Source of the DNA: Candidatus Latescibacterota bacterium
GTDB taxonomy: Bacteria; Latescibacterota; UBA2968; UBA8231
Reading direction: 5' to 3'
DNA: 64,000 nt
NCBI GenBank assembly: GCA_965223905.1
Contig: CBDCXV010000001.1
Location: 1,184,001 to 1,248,000 of the forward strand
Of the stretch, positions 1 to 9,744 are shown one piece after another. Numbering within the stretch: the first letter of the stretch is position 1; the number at the start of each line of letters is the position of its first letter. The notes below the pieces were generated by a model, which saw only the letters and a program-made list of their open reading frames with translations, was not told where the DNA came from and searched no databases. Made by a program: the position numbers and the translations under genes.

Positions 1-413
1 GTGCCTGGGGCCCGGATGCGGATTTGCACGCCAGGGGATATCGACACTTGCTCGAAGTCGATGGGCTAGTTCTTCTCCTTGGTGTAGACATAGACCGATG
101 TTCAAGCATGCATCTCGCGGACGGTGTGAAGGTTACCAGGCAGGCCAGGAAGCGGATGAATGCATTATGGCCTGATTCAGGGTGCAAAATCACGGACGAA
201 GTCAGGCGGGAATATCCTTCAGATATAATCATTGGCCCCAGGGAAGGGACATCTGGAAATCCTTGGGAAAATGCCAGGCAGGAAGCTGAAAGACGAGGAT
301 TGATAAGGAGAGGTAAGGTCGGTCGAGCAGACTGCTTGCTATTCAGGGCGAGGGATCTAGTCGGTCTGATTGAGGAAGTTCGTAAATCTGGGCCTTTCAA
401 AGACGCATTGTAG
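1..413 (+). CDS. AAC(3)-family (aminoglycoside 3-N-acetyltransferase-like) protein, 5' truncated by window edge
   Basis: Frame open from window start (AWGPDADLHARGY...). Motifs 'DGLVLLLGVDIDRCSSMHLA' and 'GKVGRADCLLF' are typical of the AAC(3)/YokD C-terminal half. Confidence 0.65.
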   Translation, partial: AWGPDADLHARGYRHLLEVDGLVLLLGVDIDRCSSMHLADGVKVTRQARKRMNALWPDSGCKITDEVRREYPSDIIIGPREGTSGNPWENARQEAERRGLIRRGKVGRADCLLFRARDLVGLIEEVRKSGPFKDAL

Positions 414-479
414 AACATTTAGACGAGGAATAAATGGCGTCAAGGGGTTTGGCGCTGTCGATGCTTCGAAGGCGGGGAG

Positions 480-557
480 GAAGCGGCCGTCGTGGTTGCG
501 GTACAGCCCCACAAGAAGGGGTGCCGCTGTCCTCAGTGTGGGCGCCGGGGCGCGTGA
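480..557 (+). mobile_element. Possible ISL3 transposase N-terminal zinc-finger remnant
   Basis: Translates as VVAVQPHKKGCRCPQCGRRGA*, resembling the CPxCG zinc finger of ISL3 transposases. The rest of the element is absent. Confidence 0.35.
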
Positions 558-624
558 TAGCTCAGCGCGGAGAAAGCAGGGCAAAGGTCCAAGACGAACC
601 GCGGCGGTCCTGGCCGGAAAGACT

Positions 625-2105
625 ATGCAATACTTCCAACCTGATGGGGACTTTTTCGTCGGGACTGCTTCCTGTGTCGTGTGGGTCGAAACGATCGATA
701 TGTTCTCCGGGACCATCTGCCCTTCTACCACGAAGGTGTCTTCCGGCTCTTCTACCTTCTGGACGAGGGCCACCACGGAGCACTCGGCGGGTTGGGAGGC
801 CATCAATGGGCACAGGCCAGCACGACGGACCTCGTTCACTGGGAACACCATCCGCTCCAAGCATGCCATCCCGATCACCGAGGAACGTGAAGGTTCCATC
901 TGCACCGGTTCGGTGTTCTTCCACGAAGGGACATACTACGGTTTCTACGCGACGCGCATGCGCGACAGGACGCAGCATCTGAGTCTTGCAACCAGTCGAC
1001 TGCATGCCCTTCTACCACGAAGGTGTCTTCCGGCTCTTCTACCTTCTGGACGAGGGCCACCACGGAGAAGGCCGACCCCAACCCCTTCGCCTCGCCGCCC
1101 ACCGGCTACGACCCTGTTCATTACCGAGACCCCATCGTCTTCAAGGATCGTTGTGAGGGGCTCTTCCACATGCTCGTTACGGCGTTCCTGGAAGACTGGC
1201 CCATCGGCGACCGCGGCGGATGCCTTGCCCACCTGGTCTCCCCCGACTTGAAACACTGGGAGAACAGAAAGCCGTTTATTGTCCCGGGTTTGCCGGGGGC
1301 GCCCGAATGTCCGGACTATTTCTTCTGGAATGGCTGGTACTACCTCATTTTCAGCAACCGTGGGGTTGCCCGCTACAGAATGTCGCGAGAGCCATTTGGA
1401 GCCTGGCTTCGGCCGAAGGTCGACACGCTTGACGGAAATGCCGCACGGGTAATGAAGACGGCGCCATTCGGGGACGGCAGGCGCCTTGGTGTTGCCTGGA
1501 TCGGCACACGCGAGAACAACCGGGACGATGGACCGTTTCAGTGGGGGGGCAACGCGGTTTTCCGAGAACTTGTACAGCATGACGACGGCACCCTTGGTGC
1601 GAAATTCCCGGACGAGCTGACCCCTTCCGGTGAGCCGTTGTCCGCCATGAACATGTCCGCCCTCCACCTGTCCGCGCTCGATGCCGATACGAGAGTTGAG
1701 GGACGCAGTGTCCACGCAGCAGCTCGGCAAGGCCTGGCAGCGGCCGGGTGCTCAGGCATTCCACGCAATGCGCGACTGGCAATCCGTGTCCTTCCTCAGC
1801 CAGGCCCCCTGGGTTTCGGGCTTCGTCTCAGGGCTGGTGAGCCCTTCGACTCCGGATACGACCTGCGCTTCTCACCCTGTGACCGGGTCGCCAGGCTGCA
1901 CGATCAGTGGATATATGGTGTCGATGGACTGGATCGCTCCTTCTCCCTGGAGATAGTTCTCAGGGACGACATCATTGACGTTTGCATCGACGGCCGCAGG
2001 ACGCTTGTCGATCGATGTCCGGAAAGGCGGGGCGACCGGATGCTGCTGTATGCGCAGGATTCCGGGGTCACGTTTGAGGTTGCCGAGATCGCTGCTCTGC
2101 CGTAG
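625..2105 (+). pseudogene. GH32-family (beta-fructofuranosidase-like, five-bladed propeller) glycoside hydrolase, 5' part disrupted
   Basis: Reconstructs across frames as MQYFQPDGDFFVG-DCMPFYHEGVFRLFYL...HQWAQASTTDLVHW...ICTGSV...YRDP...PECPD. Broken by an insertion at 669-717, a small insertion near 858 and a copied segment at 998-1067. Confidence 0.8.
718..1067 (+). repeat. 63-bp exact direct repeat (718-780 and 1005-1067) inside the GH32 gene
   Basis: tgcccttctaccacgaaggtgtcttccggctcttctaccttctggacgagggccaccacggag occurs twice. Confidence 0.95.
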
Positions 2106-2220
2106 CGCAAAGAGAATTGCGGGCCACACCACCCGCCACCAATCCCCAACACCCGGGGAACAGAAGCTGGGGTTCACAAACAGACAGCCCGTTAGGCGCC
2201 AGTCGAGAAAACTCCCGAAC

Positions 2221-2775
2221 GTGAGACGGACGGCCACCAAAATCCCACTCAGGGTGCAGACAACGCGGTTGGAAACCTTCAACCGCGAACGTCACGACTG
2301 GCCGGTCTCCCTGCGCCGGAAGTGCTCGGCGGATTCAGGGCGAACCTGGGTCTTCACGGATGGTGGCGGTGATGGAAGGTTCGGGGCTGTCGTTGTGCGT
2401 CCGGGAATCGAAGAGCACCGGATAGCGGGACGGCGTGAGTCACGGGCAAACAGCGTGGTTGCCGAACTCGATGGGGTCGTGTTGGGTCTGGAGAATTGCC
2501 AACTGGGTGAGAGAATCACGATCGTGTCCGACTATCTGTGGACAGCTTACTATATCAACGGCTGGCGCCGCGTGCACAACCCCCGGCTGCGTGAAGGGGT
2601 TGTACAGGCGAGGACCTGTCTCGAAAAGCTGCGGGGCGCCGTGTTCGTGCATTACGCGCTGGAAACCGGGGGCGAATGTGCCTTCAGACGATGGAACGCT
2701 GTCGCTCATGACCTGTGTCAAAAGGACATGGTCGGGACCAACTCGCGTACTCGTTGGGACAAGACCAGCGCTTGA
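2221..2775 (+). CDS. RNase H (RNase HI-like) domain protein; start uncertain
   Basis: Motifs WVFTDGG, 'NSVVAELDGVVLGL', 'ITIVSD' and 'WNAVAHDLC' follow the RNase HI D-E-D-D layout; the last Asp position appears to be His or shifted by one. Confidence 0.65.
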   Translation: MRRTATKIPLRVQTTRLETFNRERHDWPVSLRRKCSADSGRTWVFTDGGGDGRFGAVVVRPGIEEHRIAGRRESRANSVVAELDGVVLGLENCQLGERITIVSDYLWTAYYINGWRRVHNPRLREGVVQARTCLEKLRGAVFVHYALETGGECAFRRWNAVAHDLCQKDMVGTNSRTRWDKTSA

Positions 2776-2873
2776 GCGGAATCTCTCTCATGCCAGGGAG
2801 TGACTCTTAAGAGGTCGCCTTTCCCCGGTATTATCATTAGTCAGACACGTCACCTAAAAAGGAAACGCGCAAA

Positions 2874-3641
2874 ATGGGACACTGCTGGACGCTTGCCCTT
2901 GAACAGCAGACCGACCTGACCCCATCCCATGGCTCGGTTTCCGAGTTGGCGGCAGCGGTACGCCGAGGCGCGGATCTCAGGCTTTACATGACCACGGATC
3001 GGTACGAGGAAACCCTCTACTTCCAGCAGACTTATGCCGGTGAGAATGGCGCGTTCGCAGGGCTGATGAGCCACCACCACAGCTACGTGCACCGCGGCCA
3101 GGACATAGAGCAACCATACATCAGCATCTTCAAATACGACGACTCCGGGACCTTCTCCCACGTGAAGTGGATGTGGCGAGATATCCGCCTGGATGAGAGC
3201 CAGGCCTATCCGTACGGGATATATCGATGGTTTACCTGCGACCGCTGGCGAACCGTCTACGAGCACGATGCCGATGGCAGTCCCGTGCGCGGAAATCTGG
3301 AGGAACTGAAAGAGCATGTCCGGCTGGGGCACTCGGTTCAGGTAGGAGTCCGCCAACTGTTCGGTTTGGCCGAGGATACCACTGCCGGGCCATCGCACAT
3401 CTCGTTTGTCACCACGATGCAGCCGCTCATCCGGGATGGCCATGTGCAGTCCAACTGCGACCTCGTTGCGATAGGCGCCCCGAAATGGCCGTGCACCTGG
3501 CGCGACGGCCTCCATGTGGCAGTGATGCTCCCCTCCACGTCCGGTGAGATTCTCTGCTTCCTTGCCGAACCGGGGAATCTCCCGTTTAGACGGGTCATGC
3601 GCCGGCGCCCCATGCAGTGGATGGTGGCGGAGATGGAGTGA
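2874..3641 (+). CDS. Hypothetical protein with internal two-fold domain repeat
   Basis: Clean 255-aa ORF with upstream purine-rich RBS. Repeat units are WTLALEQQTDLTPSHGSVSELAAAVRRG and WRTVYEHDADGSPVRGNLEELKEHVRLG. Confidence 0.75.
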   Translation: MGHCWTLALEQQTDLTPSHGSVSELAAAVRRGADLRLYMTTDRYEETLYFQQTYAGENGAFAGLMSHHHSYVHRGQDIEQPYISIFKYDDSGTFSHVKWMWRDIRLDESQAYPYGIYRWFTCDRWRTVYEHDADGSPVRGNLEELKEHVRLGHSVQVGVRQLFGLAEDTTAGPSHISFVTTMQPLIRDGHVQSNCDLVAIGAPKWPCTWRDGLHVAVMLPSTSGEILCFLAEPGNLPFRRVMRRRPMQWMVAEME

Positions 3642-3719
3642 ACGCGCGAACCGTTGAATGAACCGCCAAACCCGGAGTAGGAACAGGAAGCGTTGCCGCC
3701 GGGAAACCAACCGAGGAAT

Positions 3720-4205
3720 ATGCCAAGAAAACCGATTCAAGTGCTTGTGATTCCATTCCGCATAGGATCTGAGCCGGAGTTTGCGGTTTTTCACCGTTCC
3801 GACGAGGAGATGTGGCAATTCATTGCCGGTGGCGTTGAGGACCAGGAGGACGCAATGCAGGCCGCCCGGCGGGAGGCAGAAGAAGAGGCGTCCATACCGA
3901 GTAACTTGTCGTTTGTTTCGCTGGATTCAGTTGCCTCGATTCCCAGGACATCATTTGAAGAGACGGAGCACTGGCCGGAAGATCTGCTTGTTGTACCCGA
4001 GTATTCGTTCGCCGTCGATGTCGGCGACCGAGAGCTGGTGCTATCCTTCGAACACGACGAGGTGAGGTGGGTGCCTTACGACAAAGCCCGGTGTCTCCTT
4101 ACATGGGACAGCAATCGGGTGGCGCTCTGGGAGCTCAACGAGAGGCTGGCCAACCACACAACAGTGAGGTCTCCAGAACTTTTCGGTAGTCTTCCGGGTG
4201 TGTAA
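3720..4205 (+). CDS. NUDIX hydrolase (dATP pyrophosphohydrolase-like)
   Basis: Nudix box GGVEDQEDAMQAARREAEEEASI, plus 'LSFEH' and 'WDSNRVALWEL'. Confidence 0.9.
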   Translation: MPRKPIQVLVIPFRIGSEPEFAVFHRSDEEMWQFIAGGVEDQEDAMQAARREAEEEASIPSNLSFVSLDSVASIPRTSFEETEHWPEDLLVVPEYSFAVDVGDRELVLSFEHDEVRWVPYDKARCLLTWDSNRVALWELNERLANHTTVRSPELFGSLPGV

Positions 4206-4317
4206 TTCCACCATCCGCAAATACATCGGTATTCGCCTCGACGCTGATCAGGAGGTCCGAGGGCAGTTAATTGTTTGGGGATAATTGGTCCAAACCAGGA
4301 GACAGGGAGAAAAGGGA

Positions 4318-4938
4318 ATGTTCGGAAAACTCTTCGTCGTATGCCTCATTGTTGCCGGTTCATGTTTCAGAGTCGAGGCCGAGCGTCCGGCTGGAATGGT
4401 TCTCTACTTCAAGTCCGGGGACGAGGTATTCCTGCTTCTCGCGGACCATCGGGAAAAGGACAGAGGTTGGGCGGGTTACGGAGGAGGTCCGTATGAGGGG
4501 GAGAGCGCGGCTGAAACGGCGGCGAGAGAAACGGAGGAAGAGACGAGAGGCTACTTTCTGCGGGATGATCTGCTCGCCCTGATCAAGGGCCAGAAGCCAG
4601 TGATAGACAATGGCTTTGCCTTGTACTTCGCGGAAGTTCCCTTTGTTCCCGCACCACTTGTGACCAACAATCCACTTCCCAGCGACGACGAATCCTACGT
4701 TGAAAGAGGTCCGTACGCATGGATTCCGTATTCCGAACTCGAGCCATACTTGAAAGGTCCGATCGAACCTGAAGACAGATATTCAATTGAAGAGAGGTTA
4801 CTTCCCGGTGAGCGATATACTTCCTGGTACTGGCCTGTCTGGCTTGGCAGTGTCTGGAAATCCGTGGAAACGAATTCGATTCCCTGGGACGTCGGAGTGA
4901 GCCCCGACCTGTCCGGAAAGGGGAGCCATGACCCCTGA
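4318..4938 (+). CDS. NUDIX hydrolase with putative signal peptide
   Basis: Nudix box GGPYEGESAAETAARETEEETRG; hydrophobic N-terminus MFGKLFVVCLIVAGSCFRVEA. Confidence 0.8.
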   Translation: MFGKLFVVCLIVAGSCFRVEAERPAGMVLYFKSGDEVFLLLADHREKDRGWAGYGGGPYEGESAAETAARETEEETRGYFLRDDLLALIKGQKPVIDNGFALYFAEVPFVPAPLVTNNPLPSDDESYVERGPYAWIPYSELEPYLKGPIEPEDRYSIEERLLPGERYTSWYWPVWLGSVWKSVETNSIPWDVGVSPDLSGKGSHDP

Positions 4939-5776
4939 GTCCGAGAGCGGGATGAAGGTCGGTGAGCAGATCGCCAGATACTACACTGAACTGCCCGAGG
5001 TGGCCGGAGTAGTCCTTGGCGGGTCAGTAGCACGGGGCACTGCCGACCCGAGTTCCGATCTGGACCTCTTCGTTTTCTGCCACGACTACCCAAGTAAACG
5101 TTTTCGATCTGAAGTCGTTGCCGGATTTCAGGGGGAAGGGTGGAAGCAACATGGCAATAAGCTCGATCGGGGGATTTTGAGGGACTGCTTTCGGGGTTCC
5201 GGTCATCGAATCGATATCGAGCACGTACGCGTCAGCAGCTATGAGTCTGCAGTCGAAGATGTCTTGTGTCGCCACGACACCGATCGCGACAAACAAAGCC
5301 TGCTGGGAGGATTGCTCGACTCCCGTTCATTGCATGACACCGGGATTATCGAAAAATGGAAGTCGAGGATATCCAAGTGCCCGGATGGCCTGCAGCGAAA
5401 GGTGCTCGAGGAGAATCTTTCCATGAGTCCTCTTTGGATCCCCGAGATCTACGCCCGGAACCGGGACGATCACTTGTATCTGTTGGAGGCGCTGAGCAGT
5501 GTTGGAACCTCCATCCTCGGCTTGCTGCATGGCCTCAACCGGATGTACCAGCCTGGCGAGTACAAGCGGGTCACGCTCCTTCTGTCCCGACTGGAGGTGG
5601 CACCACCGAACATCGTGGAAAGGTGGAAGTCCGTTTTCCAGTACGGGTCCGTTGGAGTGGTAAAGGAGCTTGAGACCATCGTTCTGGAGATCTTCAGCCT
5701 CGTTGAGGCACGCTGTCCGGATATTGATGTCGCATCCGCTCGGACCGGCTTCACGACCGACACGGATACAGAGTAG
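4928..5776 (+). CDS. Nucleotidyltransferase domain protein (DUF4037-like)
   Basis: Pol-beta-type motif GGSVARGTADPSSDLDL followed by a helical C-terminal domain. Confidence 0.8.
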   Translation: MTPESESGMKVGEQIARYYTELPEVAGVVLGGSVARGTADPSSDLDLFVFCHDYPSKRFRSEVVAGFQGEGWKQHGNKLDRGILRDCFRGSGHRIDIEHVRVSSYESAVEDVLCRHDTDRDKQSLLGGLLDSRSLHDTGIIEKWKSRISKCPDGLQRKVLEENLSMSPLWIPEIYARNRDDHLYLLEALSSVGTSILGLLHGLNRMYQPGEYKRVTLLLSRLEVAPPNIVERWKSVFQYGSVGVVKELETIVLEIFSLVEARCPDIDVASARTGFTTDTDTE

Positions 5777-5884
5777 ACGTAGACCCTGGAATTTATGGCG
5801 AAGAAAGGAAGGAGCTCAGGGAAATTAGCCCCAAACCTCGTTCCTTCGGTTGCACCCCATCTTGTCCGGATCTGACCCCAAACG

Positions 5885-5980
5885 ATGCGCATCGGTCTTA
5901 TTTCAGATACTCACTGCCCAGAGCGATGCTCCGCCTACCCAGTCGCTTTGGGCCAGGTATTCCGGGATCTCGATCTGACA
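5885..5980 (+). pseudogene. Metallophosphoesterase (YfcE-like) N-terminal fragment, in frame with the next gene
   Basis: MRIGLISDTH...VFRDLDL is the metallophosphoesterase start; it stops before the GD motif. Confidence 0.6.
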
Positions 5981-6007
5981 GCCGGTCAACTCTCCACCCG
6001 GATCGTT

Positions 6008-6481
6008 ATGGCGACCCTGCACCTGCTTTGCGGTTTCATTGGAGCAGGTAAAACAACCTTCGCGAAATCGCTGGAAAGAGATCATTCCGCGGTTCTGTTC
6101 AGCCATGATGAATGGATGGTCCGGCTGTATGGGCGAAATCCCCCCAGTGAACATTTTCAGACATACTATCACAGGGTCGAGGATCTGATCTGGCAGATGG
6201 CCTCCCGTTTTCTCGCCCTGGGACATGATGTTGTTCTCGATCATGGTTTTTGGAGTCGCGCTGACCGGGATCTGGCAAGGCGCAAGTCTCAGGAAATCGG
6301 CGTTCCAGCGAAGCTCTATTTTCTGCACTGCTCCGAGGAAGTAATGCGGGAACGAGTACTGATCCGGACTGAAGAATCACAAGAATCCCTTTACATCAAC
6401 GAACATGCTTTCGAGAAGCTCAGGGAGCGATTTGAAGCACCCATGGATGACGAGGAGTACGTTGCGGTCAAGACCGACTGA
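6008..6481 (+). CDS. AAA_33-family P-loop kinase/ATPase
   Basis: LHLLCGFIGAGKTT Walker A; 'SHDEW'; 'VVLDHGFWSRADR'; 'FEAP'. Confidence 0.85.
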   Translation: MATLHLLCGFIGAGKTTFAKSLERDHSAVLFSHDEWMVRLYGRNPPSEHFQTYYHRVEDLIWQMASRFLALGHDVVLDHGFWSRADRDLARRKSQEIGVPAKLYFLHCSEEVMRERVLIRTEESQESLYINEHAFEKLRERFEAPMDDEEYVAVKTD

Positions 6482-6535
6482 AACCAGGGGAACACACTTA
6501 TTCCCTCCACGCAGGCTGAGAGGGTATTGAAGACT

Positions 6536-6706
6536 ATGCAGATCTCGGTCGAAGATAATCCCACTTCTGAAGATTGCGATTTCGTTCGGAACCGCCTCCA
6601 TGAGCATAATGCAGCAATTGTGGGACCGGACAACTATGTGCCTCTTGCCATTTTCGTCCGTGACGATACGGGCACAATTCCCGCAGGCCTGCTCATTGTT
6701 CGATGA
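6536..6706 (+). pseudogene. GNAT acetyltransferase N-terminal fragment
   Basis: MQISVEDNPTSEDCDFVRNRLHEHNAAIVG...LAIFVRDDTGTIPAGL, then premature stop. Confidence 0.55.
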
Positions 6707-6737
6707 TTCAGATTCATGCCATCAAGGGGATCCTGAG

Positions 6738-7210
6738 ATGATTTCCGTGTTGCTGTTCGATGTCGGGGATACCCTTCTGGACGCATCCTCCGGACAACAG
6801 GACGCCCTGCAGGAGGCACATCGAACCGCTCTTGCCAAATTTGGATTCGAGCTGTCAGCGGGAGAGTACCAGCAGCTCGACCACGAAAAAATGCTGCAGT
6901 TCGTCCCCAGTGCCATGCACGCCATCACCTGGCACTTTGCCAGGCCCGACGTGTGCCTGTTCAATGAGATTATCGAGGAAGTGGGGTCACACTATCCCCA
7001 AATTCGCGCTCTCGGGTTCAGGTTGCATCCCGGAATCGCAGCGGTCCTCGAACAGCTGGCCGGGGAATCCGGGGAATACACGCTTGCGCTGGCTGGCAAC
7101 GCCCCGGCAGACATCACCGAGGTCCTGGACGACCTGGGTGTGTTGCGCTGGTTTCGCCACAGGGAGGTGTCGGGAAGCATAGGGGTCAAGAAGCCTGACG
7201 AACGTTTCTT
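6738..7210 (+). pseudogene. HAD-family hydrolase, 3' truncated
   Basis: Motif I 'LLFDVGDTL' and 'GVKKPDERFF'. It runs into an antisense SDR fragment at 7211, before the GD motif IV. Confidence 0.75.
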
Positions 7211-7530
7211 CCGCGGCGGAAGAGATGTTGACGATCCTGCCGTAGCGGCGCTCGATCATGTGCGGGGCGAGCGCCTTGCAGAGGAAGAAGGGGCCCTTGA
7301 CGTGTATGTCGTAGTTGCTGTCCCATTCCTCGCCGGTGAAGTTGGTGAACGGGGAACCGACGATGCTGCCGAAGTGGCCGGCGTTGTTGACGAGAATGTC
7401 GATGGCGCCGAGGCGCTCGATCGACTCTGAGACGAGGTCCTGGCAGGCGGACTCATCGGTTATGTCGGCGCCGATGGCGATCGCGGTTGCCGCTTCGCTC
7501 TCGAGCTGGTCGGCGGTGGCCTGCGCCCTG
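7211..7530 (-). pseudogene. Internal fragment of an SDR oxidoreductase, paralogous to 12119-12438
   Basis: Near-identical but not identical DNA to the SDR at 11910-12557 (DILVNNAGHFGSIVG...VNISSAA). Both ends are missing. Confidence 0.85.
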
Positions 7531-7673
7531 CCGCCGCTCAGTTCTATGAGCACCAGAACGGGCGAATTCCGCGGCCCGATGGGGGATTGGATCGCTCGAT
7601 ACTGTACCCAGACGTATTTGCGCCGCATCCGATTTGACCGCCCCCGAGACGACCTCTCCATTAATCCGATACT

Positions 7674-8528
7674 TCAATTTTTTGGCATCCGCGTGTGAGT
7701 CCTTGTCATCGGGGGCGGCACTACGTACCTCTCGAATGCGTATCCTGGTGCCGTTATTCCGTTTTGTATGATGCAAAACAGCGATACGAGCAGATATTCG
7801 AGACTATTTTCGGGTTTCACGAAAGTAACCCCCGGACAACCCAGTGCGCTATAGGACATTTGCCTCTCCGATGCCGGTGCCAGCATTTCCTGGTCGACAG
7901 TCAACACCACGTTTGGCCTCAACTCTGCCGGAAACTGATCGTACAGGTCCATAGTATGCGTCACCATCGTCTCAGGATTGGCACCGAAGGACTGACCGAG
8001 CCCAAACGCATAGATCTGCGCAGAAGAGGATGAATTTTGTATTGTTTCCTTATTGCCGTCCATGAGACGCGTGTTCTTGTCAAGATACGTGCGAACTTGG
8101 ACTGATCCTTGTGGCGGTCCATTGTCCCTTACTGGTCTTGCGAATCTCTTCAACCTCCTTACAGAAGCCACGTTACTGTATATGTCTCCTAATTCCTTTT
8201 TCCCAATCGTGCTTTTTATCGAACCAATGGCAATCACCGCCTCACACGGATAGTAACTCACGTCATCCGATACATTGAAGACTGGACAGAATTGTTGTTC
8301 ATAAAGAATTACGTCGATTTGTCCTGATGCGTTACCTTCGCTATCAATGACGCATCCGGTTCCTACTCCGACGCCACCTGGCAGAATCGATTCAAGTTTT
8401 GCCCTGACGGCCCTTTCCCTCGCTTGCCCTTTCAGCCCAGGCGTGGTTGCCTGTCCTGAGCTGCTATATGTGAGTACCAACTCCTCGCCGAGGCTCTTGA
8501 TGTACGCGTGTGTGTCGAATTGAGGCAT
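7674..8528 (-). CDS. DUF6602 domain protein (PD-(D/E)XK-like)
   Basis: 'TPGLKGQARE', 'GVGTGCVID', 'SGQIDVILYE' and 'YPCEAVIAIGSIKS' match the DUF6602 pattern. Composition is more AT-rich than the flanks. Confidence 0.7.
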   Translation of the reverse strand: MPQFDTHAYIKSLGEELVLTYSSSGQATTPGLKGQARERAVRAKLESILPGGVGVGTGCVIDSEGNASGQIDVILYEQQFCPVFNVSDDVSYYPCEAVIAIGSIKSTIGKKELGDIYSNVASVRRLKRFARPVRDNGPPQGSVQVRTYLDKNTRLMDGNKETIQNSSSSAQIYAFGLGQSFGANPETMVTHTMDLYDQFPAELRPNVVLTVDQEMLAPASERQMSYSALGCPGVTFVKPENSLEYLLVSLFCIIQNGITAPGYAFERYVVPPPMTRTHTRMPKN

Positions 8529-8925
8529 GTTGCTATACCCGCGCTTTCGTCGCGTTGCCGTTCAAAGTGACCATTCGAGCCGGACCTTTCCCGTTGTGCT
8601 CGACTCAGTCTGCGTGTGCACCTTCGCCTCTTCCAACTGCGCCATCGTCTGTCTTGCCTTGCGGTCCATCGCAGTGATCAGTTCGGGCCATTTCATTCTT
8701 TATTTCTCTGCCCTCTTGTCTGCGACGTTCTGCGGCTGATTACGCCCTTCCTGGCCGTCGTTAGAGGGCGTACTGCCGCACTTAGTTGAAGGCGGCGTCA
8801 AGGTCCGAGTGCATCCTCAGGCGAAGCAGTCCCGCTTCCCCACGTCGGCTCAGCCATTGCCGCAGGTATCCTTGAGGCCGCCGCTACAAAAGCGAAGAAA
8901 ATAAACCGACGCGGGTGGATAAGTT

Positions 8926-9735
8926 TTAGGGGGAGAGCATTTCGGCGATTTCATCGAGATACTCTTTAAGGGGTAAGCCGTGGCTTCTTGCTAAAATAGC
9001 TAGCGTATCAATCTTTGTCCGTTCCCCCTTTTCGATTCTGCGCACATGGCGTTCAGAAAGTCCTCGTATATCGGCTTGCTTAACCCCGTACTGCTTGCGC
9101 AATGCGGCAACGGCCTCTCCGAATCGAAGGTCGTACATTAGTTGTTCCCGATCCTTTTTCTTACGCCATGTTTCGTCTTTTAGGTAGCGAATAGCATCTA
9201 GGTCAATGTGTACATCAACCTCAGGCCAGTGTATATAACTGCCTTCACTGGAGATGGTAAATGAAGAACGCTGTTGGGATGGAATGGACTCCAGGGCGGA
9301 CATTTCTGCAAAACCCACTCTGAATAAATTATGATCACACGCCATGACAAAGAATTCCTCACCTACAACCTGTGCATCGGCAATGAGTTGATCGGGACAT
9401 CCAAGACTCCAAGCCGTTAGCACGCGCTTTGGCACATCCTTAGTCGAATGCACGAGGATATTTCGGCTGCTTTTGAGTTTTGCCTCGTAAAGCATCTGCG
9501 GCAAAAACTGAGCGTTGTCGTCTTCGCGGACGAAAAGGGTTCGAAGATGGTTCCGCTGATTGGCAGCACGGACAAAGTCACTTACCGTAGGAAGATCGGC
9601 AACAGAAGTTAATACGAAAATATCCCGAGCGTCCACTTGGCTCTCATTCGTTCTAACAACGGTGAAAGAGGGCGGAATGATGTCATAGCTAAATAGGTCT
9701 TGAGCCCAGACAATCATTTCAGCAGTCCTTGGCAT
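8926..9735 (-). CDS. DUF2442/DUF3532 domain plus C-terminal XRE HTH (putative antitoxin/regulator)
   Basis: 'FTISSEGSYIHWPEVDVHID' (DUF2442-like) and 'FGEAVAALRKQYGVKQADIRGLSERHVRRIEKG' (HTH). Confidence 0.75.
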   Translation of the reverse strand: MPRTAEMIVWAQDLFSYDIIPPSFTVVRTNESQVDARDIFVLTSVADLPTVSDFVRAANQRNHLRTLFVREDDNAQFLPQMLYEAKLKSSRNILVHSTKDVPKRVLTAWSLGCPDQLIADAQVVGEEFFVMACDHNLFRVGFAEMSALESIPSQQRSSFTISSEGSYIHWPEVDVHIDLDAIRYLKDETWRKKKDREQLMYDLRFGEAVAALRKQYGVKQADIRGLSERHVRRIEKGERTKIDTLAILARSHGLPLKEYLDEIAEMLSP

Positions 9736-9744
9736 TTTAGCTCC

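Noticed and set aside
718-1067. Diversity-generating retroelement TR/VR pair (also considered for 35030/37811 and the barrel paralogues)
   Set aside because: The short repeats are exact with no adenine-specific mismatches, paralogue divergence is general, and there is no reverse transcriptase in the window.
6600-7661. ORF-track proteins 6600-7430 and 6987-7661 as novel fusion genes
   Set aside because: They are read-through products across the HAD/SDR junction.
1-8930. Integron cassette array (short co-oriented genes, GTTAGGC at ~2191, hairpin at ~8732-8780)
   Set aside because: No integrase and no repeated attC with matching RYYYAAC/GTTRRRY ends that I could confirm. IntegronFinder would be needed.
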